Position numbers and translations under genes: made by a program. Shown in pieces: positions 63,291 through 64,000 of a DNA stretch of 64,000 nucleotides. Origin of the DNA: a virus (Duplodnaviria > Caudoviricetes); the IMG/VR virus record IMGVR_UViG_3300012665_000475, positions 2,263 through 66,262 of that record; one strand, 5' to 3'. The stretch's first letter is position 1; each line of letters starts with the position of its first letter. The notes under the pieces are model-generated. The model did not search any database, had not been told where the DNA came from, and saw only the letters and a program-made list of their open reading frames with translations.

Positions 63291-64000
63291 ATGGCTGGAT
63301 CAGTTCAAGCTACCCCGGGCTTTCAATTAGAGCCCTCAGCGGTAAAGGCAACATTGCCTACAAACTACATTACTAACTTCGATTTCTTAAACCAGTATCT
63401 TCCTGATACTTACGAGGCAGAATTCGAGCGTTATGGTAATCGCTCTATTGCATCTTTCTTACGTATGGTAGGTGCAGAATTACCTTCTAACTCTGACTTA
63501 ATCAAATGGGCAGAGCAAGGTCGTTTACACACTAAGTATGTAAACTGTACTTCAGCTGCTGCTGCAGGACAAGATACAGCTGTGTGGACTGTTGAAGATG
63601 CAGATGTAACTGTTAACTTCCGTGTTAACCAAACTGTATTCTTATCTGCAAACGCTGGTTCTGCTTCTGATAAAGCGGTTATCACTGCAGTAGATACAAC
63701 TGCTAACACTTTCACAGTAGCTTACTATGCTGCTTCAGGACAATCAATCGCTGTAGATACTGCTTCTACTGCATTCGTTTACGGTTCTGAATTCACTAAA
63801 GGTTCATTAGGAATGGACGGTTCTTTAGAGTCTCAAGATATCTTCTTTGAAAACAAACCAATCATCATCAAAGACAAGTACACTGTTTCTGGTTCTGATA
63901 TGGCTCAAATCGGATGGGTTGAAGTAACTTCTGAGAATGGTGCTACTGGTTACTTATGGTACATCAAATCTGAGCACGAGACTCGTTTACGTTTCGAAGA
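63291..64000 (+). CDS. Major capsid protein, 3'-truncated by the window edge
   Basis: ATG 63291 with open frame to the end: MAGSVQATPGF...FLNQYLPDTYE.EFERYGNRSIASFLRMVGAE.P..SD.IKW.EQGRLH. Confidence 0.85.
   Translation, partial: MAGSVQATPGFQLEPSAVKATLPTNYITNFDFLNQYLPDTYEAEFERYGNRSIASFLRMVGAELPSNSDLIKWAEQGRLHTKYVNCTSAAAAGQDTAVWTVEDADVTVNFRVNQTVFLSANAGSASDKAVITAVDTTANTFTVAYYAASGQSIAVDTASTAFVYGSEFTKGSLGMDGSLESQDIFFENKPIIIKDKYTVSGSDMAQIGWVEVTSENGATGYLWYIKSEHETRLRFE

Noticed and set aside
1-64000. tRNA genes, integrase, reverse transcriptase/DGR, self-splicing introns or inteins
   Set aside because: No cloverleaf in the intergenic gaps, no recombinase or RT motifs, and nrdA, terL and helicase appear uninterrupted; a by-eye scan could miss a divergent tRNA.

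Overview
The window is most of a ~65-70 kb lytic-looking tailed phage genome (Caudoviricetes, podovirus-like/crAss-like-style virion module), almost certainly infecting a Bacteroidota host. Host evidence: many intergenic TAnnTTTG -7 promoter boxes, A-rich leaders without Shine-Dalgarno, and a T9SS-type motif. Layout: 1-15388 (+) tail ring proteins, a split stabilization/muzzle gene, a GNAT and three internal/ejection proteins. 15443-34295 (-) nucleotide metabolism (nrdA/nrdB, MazG, ferritin-like, phosphoesterase), replication/recombination (SF2 helicase, VRR-NUC, primase-helicase, SSB, RecE-like, Sak), a C5-methylase and small early genes. ~34300-35450 non-coding strand switch. 35455-64000 (mostly +) GroEL/GroES, small basic proteins, lysis genes, a six-gene envelope cassette, a Gly-Thr-Ser-repeat tail fibre, an antisense GT4/Aah-TibC-like glycosyltransferase, a second GroES-like gene, a 2OG-Fe(II) oxygenase, terminase, portal, scaffold and the start of the major capsid protein. 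No DNA or RNA polymerase, integrase, tRNA or CRISPR was recognised. Best leads: (1) a phage-borne outer-membrane/surface-display cassette (two CsgG-like proteins, cohesin/dockerin protein, stand-alone T9SS-CTD-like lipoprotein, beta-barrel); (2) two 43-codon ORFs overprinted in the +1 frame of the giant virion protein; (3) an iron-finger heptosyltransferase-like enzyme beside a Ser/Thr-rich fibre; (4) a duplicated TGTACA-iteron element. All family assignments are from motif recognition by eye, not database searches.
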